From an uncultured virus (IMG/VR IMGVR_UViG_3300042691_027194) (taxonomy: Duplodnaviria > Heunggongvirae > Uroviricota > Caudoviricetes), in IMG/VR virus record IMGVR_UViG_3300042691_027194: a stretch of DNA of 20,000 nt. One strand, written 5' to 3'. This document shows, piece by piece, positions 8,507 through 17,455 of the stretch. The notes beneath the pieces were generated by a model. The model was not told the DNA's origin, made no database searches, and saw only the letters and a list, made by a program, of their open reading frames with translations. The translations under genes and the position numbers were made by a program. Each line of letters starts with the position of its first letter. Positions within the stretch are counted from its first letter, which is position 1.

Positions 8507-10083
8507 TGCAAACCAATCCAACAAAGGGGTACGAAAGCCAGTTCACTCCCTATAGCATTTCAATACCACCTGTACCAGGCGGAATATATGCATTTAGCAA
8601 CACGCCAGCAGGAACATTAACTATTAATTCTGCTGATGGTAAATTAACACAGAATTCATTGTTTTCTAGTAACACACAGGCCGGCACTAACAACACAAAT
8701 ATTGCTGGCAATGCCTTATCCCGATTGGCTGGTAAAGCAGTTGGTGCTATAGGCGCATTAGGAATTCCGTCAATATCTCAATTCGGCGCCGGCGTAGCTG
8801 GTGCATTGGGCGGCGATGCTATATATGCAACTGCACCATATGATAATTTAAACGCCTTTATTAGTACCGGAGTTAAATTTCCATTACCAAATCCAGATTT
8901 CCGTACTAAAAAAATTAGTTTACTTAGTTCTATAAATTCCATCAAAACAAAAGCAAAACCAGGTGCAGAATTAGCAACTGAAATTGCTGCATTAACTTTA
9001 GCAAAACGCAGAGATGGATTAAGTGCTGCACTCCGAGGTTCTGTCACAGCAGCAACATATGCAGCACAGAGCGCTACTATAGGTGCATATACTGTATTTA
9101 ATTTAGATTCTAAATATGGTTGGGGAAATCACAGTGACCCAATGGCAGATCGAAATGACTTTACCTTAAGATCTCATGTATCTACAAAATGGCCAAAAGG
9201 TAAATTAAAAGATGTTCCAAAGGGTAAAGAACGTCGTACTGCCTTTTGGAACAAAACGGTTAAAGGATTAGAAGCATTAACACCGTTCCGCGGAGATCGT
9301 GTAACTGTTATTGATTTTGGTCAAAGAAATTGGGAGAACATTTATCGATGGGTACCTAACTCAGTTTTAAGTAGCGATACTGGGTTTACCAACCTAGTGC
9401 AAGGAGCAAGCACAGTATTAGGCGCAAACCCATATGGTCTTACTAAGGACTTTATTAAATTCTTCTTTACCGGTCCAAAATTATCCTTAGGATCTAAAGA
9501 TGTAGAAGATGATGTAATTGTGTTTCGTGCAGCATTAACATCATTTGGTGACCAATTTTCGCCTAGTTGGAGTCCGGTGAATATATTAGGCCGACCTGAT
9601 CCTAATTATCATTATTCAGGATACAGTCGCGATATTGATGTATCATTCACAGTATATGCAACAGACCGTGATGAGTTAAAATTCATATACAGAAAATTAA
9701 ATGCATTAGCTGGTTATACAGCTCCAGCATATAACGCAGATTCATTTTCATTGAAAGCTCCATGGCTTCGAATCACAATTGGTGACCTGTTAGTATCTCA
9801 ACCTGTGCTAATTAACAGCTTAGGGTATACATTTGTAGATTCTGACACAACATGGGAAATTAACATTGAAGACGATCCAGAAATGATGCAGGTACCACAT
9901 AAAATTGACGTGCAGATGAGCATGTATTTAATTACGGATGCATTGCCAGAATTTGGCGGGTCAATGTACACATTAGCTAAGCAAGCCGATCAATTCGGAA
10001 CATTGACCGGAAATGATAACTGGTTAAGTGATACTAATACACCATTAACTCAACAGTCAATTCGAGATAAAGCACCAAAATAG
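8506..10083 (+). CDS. Putative baseplate / tail-tube initiator protein (gp48/gp54-like C-terminal tube-fold domain), 525 aa
   Basis: C-terminal FRAALTSFGDQFSPSW...GRPDPNYHYSGYSRDIDVSFTVYA...APWLRITIGDL...TWEI pattern; TAATG overlap with the tape measure stop. Confidence 0.6.
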   Translation: MQTNPTKGYESQFTPYSISIPPVPGGIYAFSNTPAGTLTINSADGKLTQNSLFSSNTQAGTNNTNIAGNALSRLAGKAVGAIGALGIPSISQFGAGVAGALGGDAIYATAPYDNLNAFISTGVKFPLPNPDFRTKKISLLSSINSIKTKAKPGAELATEIAALTLAKRRDGLSAALRGSVTAATYAAQSATIGAYTVFNLDSKYGWGNHSDPMADRNDFTLRSHVSTKWPKGKLKDVPKGKERRTAFWNKTVKGLEALTPFRGDRVTVIDFGQRNWENIYRWVPNSVLSSDTGFTNLVQGASTVLGANPYGLTKDFIKFFFTGPKLSLGSKDVEDDVIVFRAALTSFGDQFSPSWSPVNILGRPDPNYHYSGYSRDIDVSFTVYATDRDELKFIYRKLNALAGYTAPAYNADSFSLKAPWLRITIGDLLVSQPVLINSLGYTFVDSDTTWEINIEDDPEMMQVPHKIDVQMSMYLITDALPEFGGSMYTLAKQADQFGTLTGNDNWLSDTNTPLTQQSIRDKAPK

Positions 10084-10091
10084 ATTATATT

Positions 10092-10394
10092 ATGAGCAGT
10101 AGATATCAAACAACATTGCAAATAAAAGACGAAAAAGGTACTCGTCGTGCAGAAACTACCATAATACCGCCAACCGCGGTTACCGGCAATGATTTATATA
10201 TTCGCACTGTTAGCATGGAACGATTAGATAAATTAGCATTGGATTTTTATGATGATGCATCAATGTGGTGGGTTATCGCCGCGGCAAATGGTTTAGGCAA
10301 AGGCACATTGGTAGTACCACCAAATACCAGAGTTAGAATACCTAGAGATACCGGAATTCAAGATCGTATATCGCAGATTAACAAACAACGATGA
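10092..10394 (+). CDS. LysM-like baseplate wedge protein (gp53 / tail X-like), 100 aa
   Basis: ERLDKLALDFYDDASMWWVIAAANGL...VPPNTRVRIP is a LysM/tail-X signature. Confidence 0.85.
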   Translation: MSSRYQTTLQIKDEKGTRRAETTIIPPTAVTGNDLYIRTVSMERLDKLALDFYDDASMWWVIAAANGLGKGTLVVPPNTRVRIPRDTGIQDRISQINKQR

Positions 10395-12565
10395 GTGAAA
10401 TATTTTACACGCAATTGGACAAAAATCTAGCATCCGAACTAGATACTCGAGCGTTAGCAGGACGTACACGAGATAATAAATCTATTGACTATATGGTTGG
10501 CAAAGTTGCTAATGTTAAAATTACTGCATATGAAGGTAATGGGTCTACGGGTAAAGAATTATTTACCTTAGGCGGAGAAACCGTACGCGGAGCTAGTTAT
10601 CAGCCTGGCGGGGTAGAAGGATTTTTAACTGACGGTGCAACTAGAACACTTAAAGAACTATCATGGGTAGCTGATGGAGTTGGAGATAAAGCAACATTCG
10701 TGCCTACATTAAAAGATACCGTTCGTCAAAATTCAAATAATCGTGTACCACCTTATATTTCTAGTGCAAATATATCAGTTGGTGACCATTCGATGGGTTT
10801 ATTAAACACTGCTACATTTGTTATTGAAATTTCAAATCCAGAACGCGATTTAGATTTCATTGAAGAAATATTCTTTCGTGCTGGTCGATATGTTAAAATG
10901 CAGTTTGAATATCCACCATCTGCTGTGATTACCGGATTAAGTTTAGAACCAACAACTATTCCGAATGCTGAAAAACTACAATCTTTATACGGTAAGGATA
11001 TTAATATCGTAGACAAACAAAAAGAAATATCCCGATTAAACAATATTTCATTTGAAGGATTGATAACATCATTCACGTTTAGTTATAATACCGATTATTC
11101 AGTTCAAGCAACTATTAGTATGCGAGGAACTAGCAATGTATATACCGATGTTTCAATGTTCATTAATGCAAATGCAACCACAAAAGCTGGTACTAATGCA
11201 ACAGCAACACCTAGCCCAATAACATCACCTGACACATACACCGCAACAGTTGAGCAAAAAGCAGCCGCAGCAAATGCACCTGCAGATAAATCATTTTACT
11301 CAAAATTATATGATGAAGTAGATCAAAAATTCCAACGAATTAACATGCTCAAAGGTGATGTTAGAAATCAGTTAGAAGGAAATGAAGACATTTGGTATTT
11401 AATTGGGGATGCTTGGTCACAAACAGAAAAGCCAACAACAAAAGAACAAAAAACATTCTCTCGTTACATAACACTAGGTTATTTAATAGATTATATTAAT
11501 CGCATCGTTACGATCAAAGTTAAAGATGCGGTACCATTCCCTGCAGTTATATGTAGCAGTTTTATTTGCTATAGCAACTATTATGAGCATTTATGTTCTA
11601 GTGACCCACATAACGTGTTATTACTGCCAAAAGACACAGACCGCGGCACAACTGAACGTTATGGTAGTAAAATTTATTTTGAAAATACTAAAAATGCCAA
11701 TTGGTTAGGATACCAAGGTCGTGAAGTAGGATATCCTGCTCGTATTTTTTTAAATTTAGAAAAAATTGAATCCGTACTAACATCATTAACAAGTGCCGGA
11801 TCATTTAAGGTTTCTGATTTTTTATCTGGCATTAGTGGAGTAATTTCATCTGCAACCGGCGGGGCAATCAGTTTAAAATTAATAACACACCCTAAGAATG
11901 ATACGTTGTTAGCATTTTATGATGAAAATTTTCTAGGTACTCCGAGCGAAACAGATAAGGTACAACCGTATCATGTCCCGATGAGTGCACAATATCCATC
12001 TGGCGTAACTAATGGGGCAATTGGTAGCATTGTGCAAGACTTTAAACTGTCAGCTAAGATCCCAGATAGCGTATCTACATTGTCATATGTGTTAAATCAG
12101 AATCCAGATGAAATTTCTGAAGACCAAATTGCGCCATATTTAAATTACATGTATAATTCATCTGATCCAGAAAAAATAAAAACGGCAGATGCAATTTATA
12201 AAAAAAATAATGCAAAGTTTTTAGAAGAATTAACTAGACATCGAGAAGATTACGGTAAAAGTATGAGTGATGTTACTAAACAACAAGCATTAAATGAAGC
12301 ATTAGTGAAATATTTACAGTATCCAAAACCAGAACTCAAACAAGCTCAGCAAATAACTGCCCCAATATTTCCATTTGAAGCAGAATTTACAATTGATGGT
12401 GTTAATGGATTTCGTTATGGTGATGTTGTTACATTTGATATATTACCATACCGATATCGAATCAACACGGTATTTAGTGTTATAGGAATTGAACATGATG
12501 TGACACAAGACGGTCAATGGACTACTGTGGTTAGATGTATAATGAGACCTAGAATTGGACAATAA
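10391..12565 (+). CDS. Putative baseplate hub protein (gp27 / late control D-like), 724 aa
   Basis: FEGLITSFTFSYNTD and C-terminal PFEAEFTIDGVNGFRYGD...FSVIGIEHDVTQDGQWTT resemble hub proteins; ATGA overlap with the LysM gene. Confidence 0.55.
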   Translation: MSEIFYTQLDKNLASELDTRALAGRTRDNKSIDYMVGKVANVKITAYEGNGSTGKELFTLGGETVRGASYQPGGVEGFLTDGATRTLKELSWVADGVGDKATFVPTLKDTVRQNSNNRVPPYISSANISVGDHSMGLLNTATFVIEISNPERDLDFIEEIFFRAGRYVKMQFEYPPSAVITGLSLEPTTIPNAEKLQSLYGKDINIVDKQKEISRLNNISFEGLITSFTFSYNTDYSVQATISMRGTSNVYTDVSMFINANATTKAGTNATATPSPITSPDTYTATVEQKAAAANAPADKSFYSKLYDEVDQKFQRINMLKGDVRNQLEGNEDIWYLIGDAWSQTEKPTTKEQKTFSRYITLGYLIDYINRIVTIKVKDAVPFPAVICSSFICYSNYYEHLCSSDPHNVLLLPKDTDRGTTERYGSKIYFENTKNANWLGYQGREVGYPARIFLNLEKIESVLTSLTSAGSFKVSDFLSGISGVISSATGGAISLKLITHPKNDTLLAFYDENFLGTPSETDKVQPYHVPMSAQYPSGVTNGAIGSIVQDFKLSAKIPDSVSTLSYVLNQNPDEISEDQIAPYLNYMYNSSDPEKIKTADAIYKKNNAKFLEELTRHREDYGKSMSDVTKQQALNEALVKYLQYPKPELKQAQQITAPIFPFEAEFTIDGVNGFRYGDVVTFDILPYRYRINTVFSVIGIEHDVTQDGQWTTVVRCIMRPRIGQ

Positions 12566-13179
12566 TGAGAACTAAATTATATTATTCGCCAGATGAGATA
12601 ACAGAGTATTTGTATACTACCGGATCTGAGTGGATGATTGAGTCAGATTTTGCAGAATACTTTGGATTTTATCATACATATACTAATGGCGATGCATTCA
12701 CATTAGGAACATATGACGCAACTCTATCAAAAAAGTTGATACCATATGAAGATATGACAGCCACTGAAATAGTGTATAGCAATCTGAAGCCTAGTCAACA
12801 AACTAGATATAAAACATCACTTACTTCATACGTCCCATCGCCTACACAGCAAGAAATACGAGTTGGATATTTGACAAGATACTTTGCACAAAAACACAAT
12901 GAATACGGAATTACTGAAATTGATGTAAAACAATACACGGATATATCACAGCAAGTAATCGATCCTAACATGTATCGCACAGTTACAATGCGTTGGTATA
13001 TTACAGGCACATTGGTACCATCTACAACTGGCACGGTGCAAACATTGAGTGTGCAACAACGTAATCTGCAGCAAATTGAATTTGCAAAACAAAGTATACC
13101 AAACATTCAAACTAAGCTAGCAAATCTAGTAGAATTATATACAGATACCACATACATAATTCCAGAAGATATCAATTAA
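12565..13179 (+). CDS. Hypothetical protein in tail operon, 204 aa
   Basis: TAATG-coupled ORF with LYTTGSEWM, YFGFYH and PSPTQQEIRVGYLTRYFAQK motifs; function not recognised. Confidence 0.75.
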   Translation: MRTKLYYSPDEITEYLYTTGSEWMIESDFAEYFGFYHTYTNGDAFTLGTYDATLSKKLIPYEDMTATEIVYSNLKPSQQTRYKTSLTSYVPSPTQQEIRVGYLTRYFAQKHNEYGITEIDVKQYTDISQQVIDPNMYRTVTMRWYITGTLVPSTTGTVQTLSVQQRNLQQIEFAKQSIPNIQTKLANLVELYTDTTYIIPEDIN

Positions 13180-13180
13180 C

Positions 13181-13211
13181 TTGGATTTCTGCATTTTTTT
13201 CCATATATTTA
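13181..13211 (+). promoter_or_regulatory. Putative early/host-type promoter TTGG-N19-TATATTTA
   Basis: Fills the 36-nt intergenic gap before the polymerase; resembles Bacteroidota -33 TTTG / -7 TAnnTTTG. Confidence 0.5.
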
Positions 13212-13215
13212 ATGT

Positions 13216-14538
13216 ATGGTACTGGATCATGTAGAAGAAATTGACGCGTTATTACAATGTGTGGCAGATAAACGCACCCTAGTAGTACCTATTTTTTCTA
13301 GTCCAGCATTGCACCCTACTCAGAATCCAGTAATTGCTTTATATGTTTATACCGAAGATGATGTAGAACGTATTGTGCCATTCCGACATACTGAACAACT
13401 AAGGGGCTTTCCTGAACATCTGCCGAGGTTTCTTGCATTGCAGAATATCTTTGTTCATGATAAAAAGGCCTGGCTTCAAATCGGAGGAAACGCTGCCGTA
13501 TGGGATGTAAAAACTTTGTGGTGGTACACTTACGGCGAAGCATATGATGAGTCTTATTATCCTACCGCGGCACATACATTTTATTGGCGCCGACATTCGT
13601 CATTGGCACAAGTAAATGCAGTAGTGCCATTGCAACAACATTTAGCAATGTGTCAGAAAATTCGACATTATGCCTGGCCAATGTGTATGAACGCAAAGTT
13701 AACGGATTCGTATTTACAATTCAATGCAACATATCCAGAAACATTTGCTGCAATTGAATCTGCAGGGTTGTCAGTAACCGACACGTTCAGAATGCCAGAT
13801 TTAATAACACAGAACAAAGTGTACTCAAGTTACAATTATCATACTGTAACAGGACGACCTAGCAATGCATATCGAGGATTTAATTTTGCTGCAATGAACA
13901 AAGAAGATGGTACCCGCGATGCATTTTGTAGTCGATTTGATAATGGTGCTTTGGTAGAAATGGACTTTGATGCATACCACGTTAGATTAATAGCCCGATT
14001 AATTGGATATGCATTGCCTGCGGGATCTGTGCATGAATACTTTGGGCGATTTTATTTTAGCACGACAGAATTGACTGAGGAACAATATGAACAAAGCAAG
14101 CAGATAACTTTTCGATTGTTGTATGGAGGTATTGATACTGAGTTTTTATCTATACCATTCTTTCAGCAAGTAAACACGTTTGTGTATGATTTGTGGAGAC
14201 AATGGAAAGCTAAAGGACGTATAAAAACACCCATACTGCAAAGACCAATAACATCAGACACAGTGAAAAACATGACAGCAAACAAGCTGTTTAATTATTA
14301 TTTGCAAGCCGTTGAAACTGAGGTATCGGTGCAAAAGTTACGGCAATGTCAAACACTGCTAGAAGGACATGAAACCTGCATGGTATTGTATACTTATGAT
14401 TCCGTGTTGTTCGATGTTCCCACTGCAGAAGCACAACACATAATACCTGCAATCAAGCACGTATTAGAACAAGGCAATTTCCCGGTAAAAACAAAAGCCG
14501 GACATATTTATAGTAAAATGAAAACTATCACGTTATGA
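13216..14538 (+). CDS. polA: Compact, divergent family A DNA polymerase-like protein, 440 aa
   Basis: T-x-TGR-x-S (HTVTGRPSN), motif A-like VEMDFDAYHVRL, motif B-like SKQITFRLLYGG, FNYYLQA and motif C-like LYTYDSVLFD, in PolA order. Confidence 0.8.
   Translation: MVLDHVEEIDALLQCVADKRTLVVPIFSSPALHPTQNPVIALYVYTEDDVERIVPFRHTEQLRGFPEHLPRFLALQNIFVHDKKAWLQIGGNAAVWDVKTLWWYTYGEAYDESYYPTAAHTFYWRRHSSLAQVNAVVPLQQHLAMCQKIRHYAWPMCMNAKLTDSYLQFNATYPETFAAIESAGLSVTDTFRMPDLITQNKVYSSYNYHTVTGRPSNAYRGFNFAAMNKEDGTRDAFCSRFDNGALVEMDFDAYHVRLIARLIGYALPAGSVHEYFGRFYFSTTELTEEQYEQSKQITFRLLYGGIDTEFLSIPFFQQVNTFVYDLWRQWKAKGRIKTPILQRPITSDTVKNMTANKLFNYYLQAVETEVSVQKLRQCQTLLEGHETCMVLYTYDSVLFDVPTAEAQHIIPAIKHVLEQGNFPVKTKAGHIYSKMKTITL
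14504..14512 (+). promoter_or_regulatory. Putative late promoter ATATTTATA inside the 3' end of the polymerase gene
   Basis: Perfect motif 22 nt before ATG 14535, matching the spacing at the intergenic copies. Confidence 0.5.
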
Positions 14539-15779
14539 ACATTGATTTAATTTTAACAGAATGGTGTTATCGATTACCGAAAGGTTATCCTACTAATGCT
14601 AAGGATTATGAAATACTATATCATGTTCTTTTAGAAGTAGCCAATATATCAGCCGATGACGCACGCCAAATTGTTGAGCGAGCACAAGGTTCTAACAAAC
14701 AAGTTATTGCAGAAGCCATACAATTTGATTCTATTGAAAATAAAATGTTGGAAGCTGCAGTTGTTCGAGCAGGTAAAATTGATGAATTTCGAGAATTTTT
14801 AGGATTATTGCCTACAGAAGCAAATGATATTACTTTAAAGTTTTTAAATAATTTGCGTTATGATCAATGTATGCAATTTGCATCATTATTATATTCTCAA
14901 AACGGCGTTTCTGAAGAAGCATTGAATACTATAGACTTTAGAAATGGATTAAGCCATGATTTATTCAAGCTTGAACCAAAAGGATTAGGAAAAGGTGAAA
15001 TTTTATTAGCTACTATAATTAATACTTCACAAATTAATGGTGGTACTACATCTTTTGATATGACAGCAAATGGTCAATCTTATGAAATAAAAGATTATAC
15101 CGGAGGAAAAGGCAACGCAAAATCAATCAGATTAGGAACTAAAGGCAGTGTTACTCGATTTAAATTTTGGGATGAAATTGTAACCACCCTGAAACGATTA
15201 GATCAGCTAAGAGGCACAATGGAAAATCCAAAATTTGATTTCCATAAATATTTTAATGAAGAATTACTAAGTTCAATTGCATATTTAGATGACCGTCGTG
15301 CTTTTATTTTAGCAGGTAACTTGAACATGAAAGACAAACAGTTTTTAATGCAGTTTTATCGAGAAGCAAACGCATTAAATTCAGACATACAAGGTTATAC
15401 CAATGTCATTCTACGAGGACCAAATGCAACACCAATTGAAATGTCAATTGAACCATTAACTAAAACACCCGATGGTAATATTGTAATAAAACCAATTGGC
15501 GACGGCAGTCAAGATATAACATATATCAATGCAGAATTGCGACGTTTAAAATACGTACGCGTCCCAGAAGCATTGGAAACAGATTTGCAAGAAGCAGTTG
15601 ATTCTATCGTAGGCAATGATTTACAATTCATTGTGTTTAGAAAAGACAGAATACGAGTTACTAGAGATTTTCGATATGTTGTGATAGATGCAGGTAAAAT
15701 ACGAATAATTGAAAAGGCTATTGGCGCTGATAAAATTGACTTAAGTGACGTCGACATAAATGAGGAAAATGAATGGTAA
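14535..15779 (+). CDS. Hypothetical protein with PD-(D/E)xK nuclease-like motif, 414 aa
   Basis: GLGKGE155ILL...SFD175MTANGQSYE184IK186D arrangement; ATGA overlap with the polymerase stop. Confidence 0.6.
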   Translation: MNIDLILTEWCYRLPKGYPTNAKDYEILYHVLLEVANISADDARQIVERAQGSNKQVIAEAIQFDSIENKMLEAAVVRAGKIDEFREFLGLLPTEANDITLKFLNNLRYDQCMQFASLLYSQNGVSEEALNTIDFRNGLSHDLFKLEPKGLGKGEILLATIINTSQINGGTTSFDMTANGQSYEIKDYTGGKGNAKSIRLGTKGSVTRFKFWDEIVTTLKRLDQLRGTMENPKFDFHKYFNEELLSSIAYLDDRRAFILAGNLNMKDKQFLMQFYREANALNSDIQGYTNVILRGPNATPIEMSIEPLTKTPDGNIVIKPIGDGSQDITYINAELRRLKYVRVPEALETDLQEAVDSIVGNDLQFIVFRKDRIRVTRDFRYVVIDAGKIRIIEKAIGADKIDLSDVDINEENEW

Positions 15780-16162
15780 AGACTCAGCTACTTTGCACCT
15801 TTGCGCACCGTACAGATTTAAACATAATCACAGAATACATACAAACAAACTACCAAATTCCGGAACGCAGAATATTTGTGTTTTCCAATGCAGAAGTATC
15901 TGATAACTTGTATTGCACATACAATGCTATTGACTCAGGACGCAGAGGACAAAATACTATTAGCATCCACCGTAAAAAAGAAACAAACACGCTGTACACG
16001 GTAAATGCTTTAAATGAAGTGATTCGAGCAGTGAATAATGGTGTATTAGATAAGACATATCAATTAGATTGGTCAGCATATCAGAATTCATTCATTTTAA
16101 CGGATGATGATGGATATCGTGTTATTAATCTGGTATTTTTCAAGAAATTTTCTTGGCATTGA
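15773..16162 (+). CDS. Hypothetical phage protein, 129 aa
   Basis: Overlapping ORF with TQLLCTF...YCTYN...ISIHRKKETNTLYTVNALN; function not recognised. Confidence 0.75.
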   Translation: MVKTQLLCTFAHRTDLNIITEYIQTNYQIPERRIFVFSNAEVSDNLYCTYNAIDSGRRGQNTISIHRKKETNTLYTVNALNEVIRAVNNGVLDKTYQLDWSAYQNSFILTDDDGYRVINLVFFKKFSWH

Positions 16163-16170
16163 TATTTATA
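16162..16170 (+). promoter_or_regulatory. Putative late promoter ATATTTATA
   Basis: Overlaps the TGA of the previous gene; upstream of AGGA and ATG 16189. Confidence 0.6.
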
Positions 16171-16188
16171 TAAGTAATAGGAATAACT

Positions 16189-16593
16189 ATGTTAAAATTA
16201 AAACATTTATTAAACGAAGACGAATATCAAACCCCATTTCAACGAGGTGAAACAGATGGGTTAGATGCCGAAGCAGATCAAAAAATACAAGATAGTTTTC
16301 TAACTAAACTAGAACAAAACTATTCTAGAATAAAACGAGCTCGTATTGATATGGCTGAGTTTAAAAATGATGTGATGGATTTGTTATCGATCTATAAAGA
16401 TAAAACGCCCGGAAGTGCGACTACCATGGATTTTATAGATGCATTTTTAGAATTATATCCATATTCAAAAACATATAGCGGATGGCAAGGAACTTATCGA
16501 GATGTAAGAAATAATCTTAATCGTATGTTGCAACACGCACATTCAATCCAAGCCGGAGATACCAGCAATTACGGATACCGTTTTTCTAAATAA
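16189..16593 (+). CDS. Hypothetical protein with leader-like N-terminus (MLKLKHLLNE), 134 aa
   Basis: ORF track entry with promoter motif and SD-like AGGA upstream. Confidence 0.75.
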   Translation: MLKLKHLLNEDEYQTPFQRGETDGLDAEADQKIQDSFLTKLEQNYSRIKRARIDMAEFKNDVMDLLSIYKDKTPGSATTMDFIDAFLELYPYSKTYSGWQGTYRDVRNNLNRMLQHAHSIQAGDTSNYGYRFSK

Positions 16594-16605
16594 GTAAAGT
16601 AAATT

Positions 16606-16671
16606 ATGAAAAAACTAGAAAATATACTAGCAGAAAATATGCGTCGCTTCGGTACCAAGAATCTACACGAA
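16606..16671 (+). repeat. Dispersed 66-nt repeat, copy 1 (shared N-terminal leader)
   Basis: 59/66 nt identical to 17456-17521. Confidence 0.95.
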
Positions 16672-17448
16672 GCCGAAAACAACCCATCAGATACAACAAC
16701 CCAAGATAATTCGATTAATCCATTTCTAGTAAAAGTTGCAATGTTATTCAAAACATTTAAAACTTATTTTTCTAAACCGGAATATGTGTGGTTGCGTGAA
16801 TTCAACATTAACATGGCTGATCGAGGAGATTGGGAAAAGAAACAAGATGCTGAACATAATATACAGGCATTATTTATCGAGCCAGCATTTCATTTAGATA
16901 ATTCAGCAGGATATCAACGACAATGCATTGTCGATATTAACGGCAATGTGCAAGTTAAAACTATTACTGACACTGACACCAACATCTATAGGGGCAAATT
17001 AGATCCAAATCTATCATCAGGTACGATTTATAATACAAATAACGCTGGAGCACAAAAATTTTCAGTGAAGGATATATTAGTCAATCGAATGCAATTTAAA
17101 GATCAATCAATGAGTACCATTTCTACACAAAAAGCAATGGAAATGGCTGATAAGTTTAAGAAATCATTTGAAACCCCAGGAAACTTTCCTGATTTTAGTA
17201 CCAATGTTCCATTATTATGGGGACTAATCACACAAATAAAAACAACCAAAGATTTAATCACAGTCAATGAAGCATTTTATTCAAAATACAAAAAAAGTGT
17301 GATGTGGTGGATTAAAGAAGAAGGCCAGATGGTTGACTTATGGAATCATGCGTTTGCTAAAGGTATGATTACAACTACACAATATATCAAATCGCGACAG
17401 AATGAAGAACAACAGTATGCAGCATTAAAGAATATTAAACTAAGTTAA
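16606..17448 (+). CDS. Hypothetical protein with shared 22-aa leader and possible annexin-like C-terminal repeat, 280 aa
   Basis: Begins MKKLENILAENMRRFGTKNLHE; residues ~178-240 resemble an annexin repeat. Confidence 0.75.
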   Translation: MKKLENILAENMRRFGTKNLHEAENNPSDTTTQDNSINPFLVKVAMLFKTFKTYFSKPEYVWLREFNINMADRGDWEKKQDAEHNIQALFIEPAFHLDNSAGYQRQCIVDINGNVQVKTITDTDTNIYRGKLDPNLSSGTIYNTNNAGAQKFSVKDILVNRMQFKDQSMSTISTQKAMEMADKFKKSFETPGNFPDFSTNVPLLWGLITQIKTTKDLITVNEAFYSKYKKSVMWWIKEEGQMVDLWNHAFAKGMITTTQYIKSRQNEEQQYAALKNIKLS

Positions 17449-17455
17449 GATACCT

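Noticed and set aside
2342..13179. Bacterial extracellular contractile injection system or tailocin
   Set aside because: The tail module is contiguous with phage-type SSB, RecA and polymerase genes and shares promoter motifs with them, and no host genes are present. A phage genome is the simpler explanation.
13216..14538. Polymerase as a pseudogene or intron/intein-split gene
   Set aside because: It is a single uninterrupted ORF with motifs A, B and C in order and both catalytic Asp retained; there is no intein signature or intervening non-coding segment. RecA also shows no intein.
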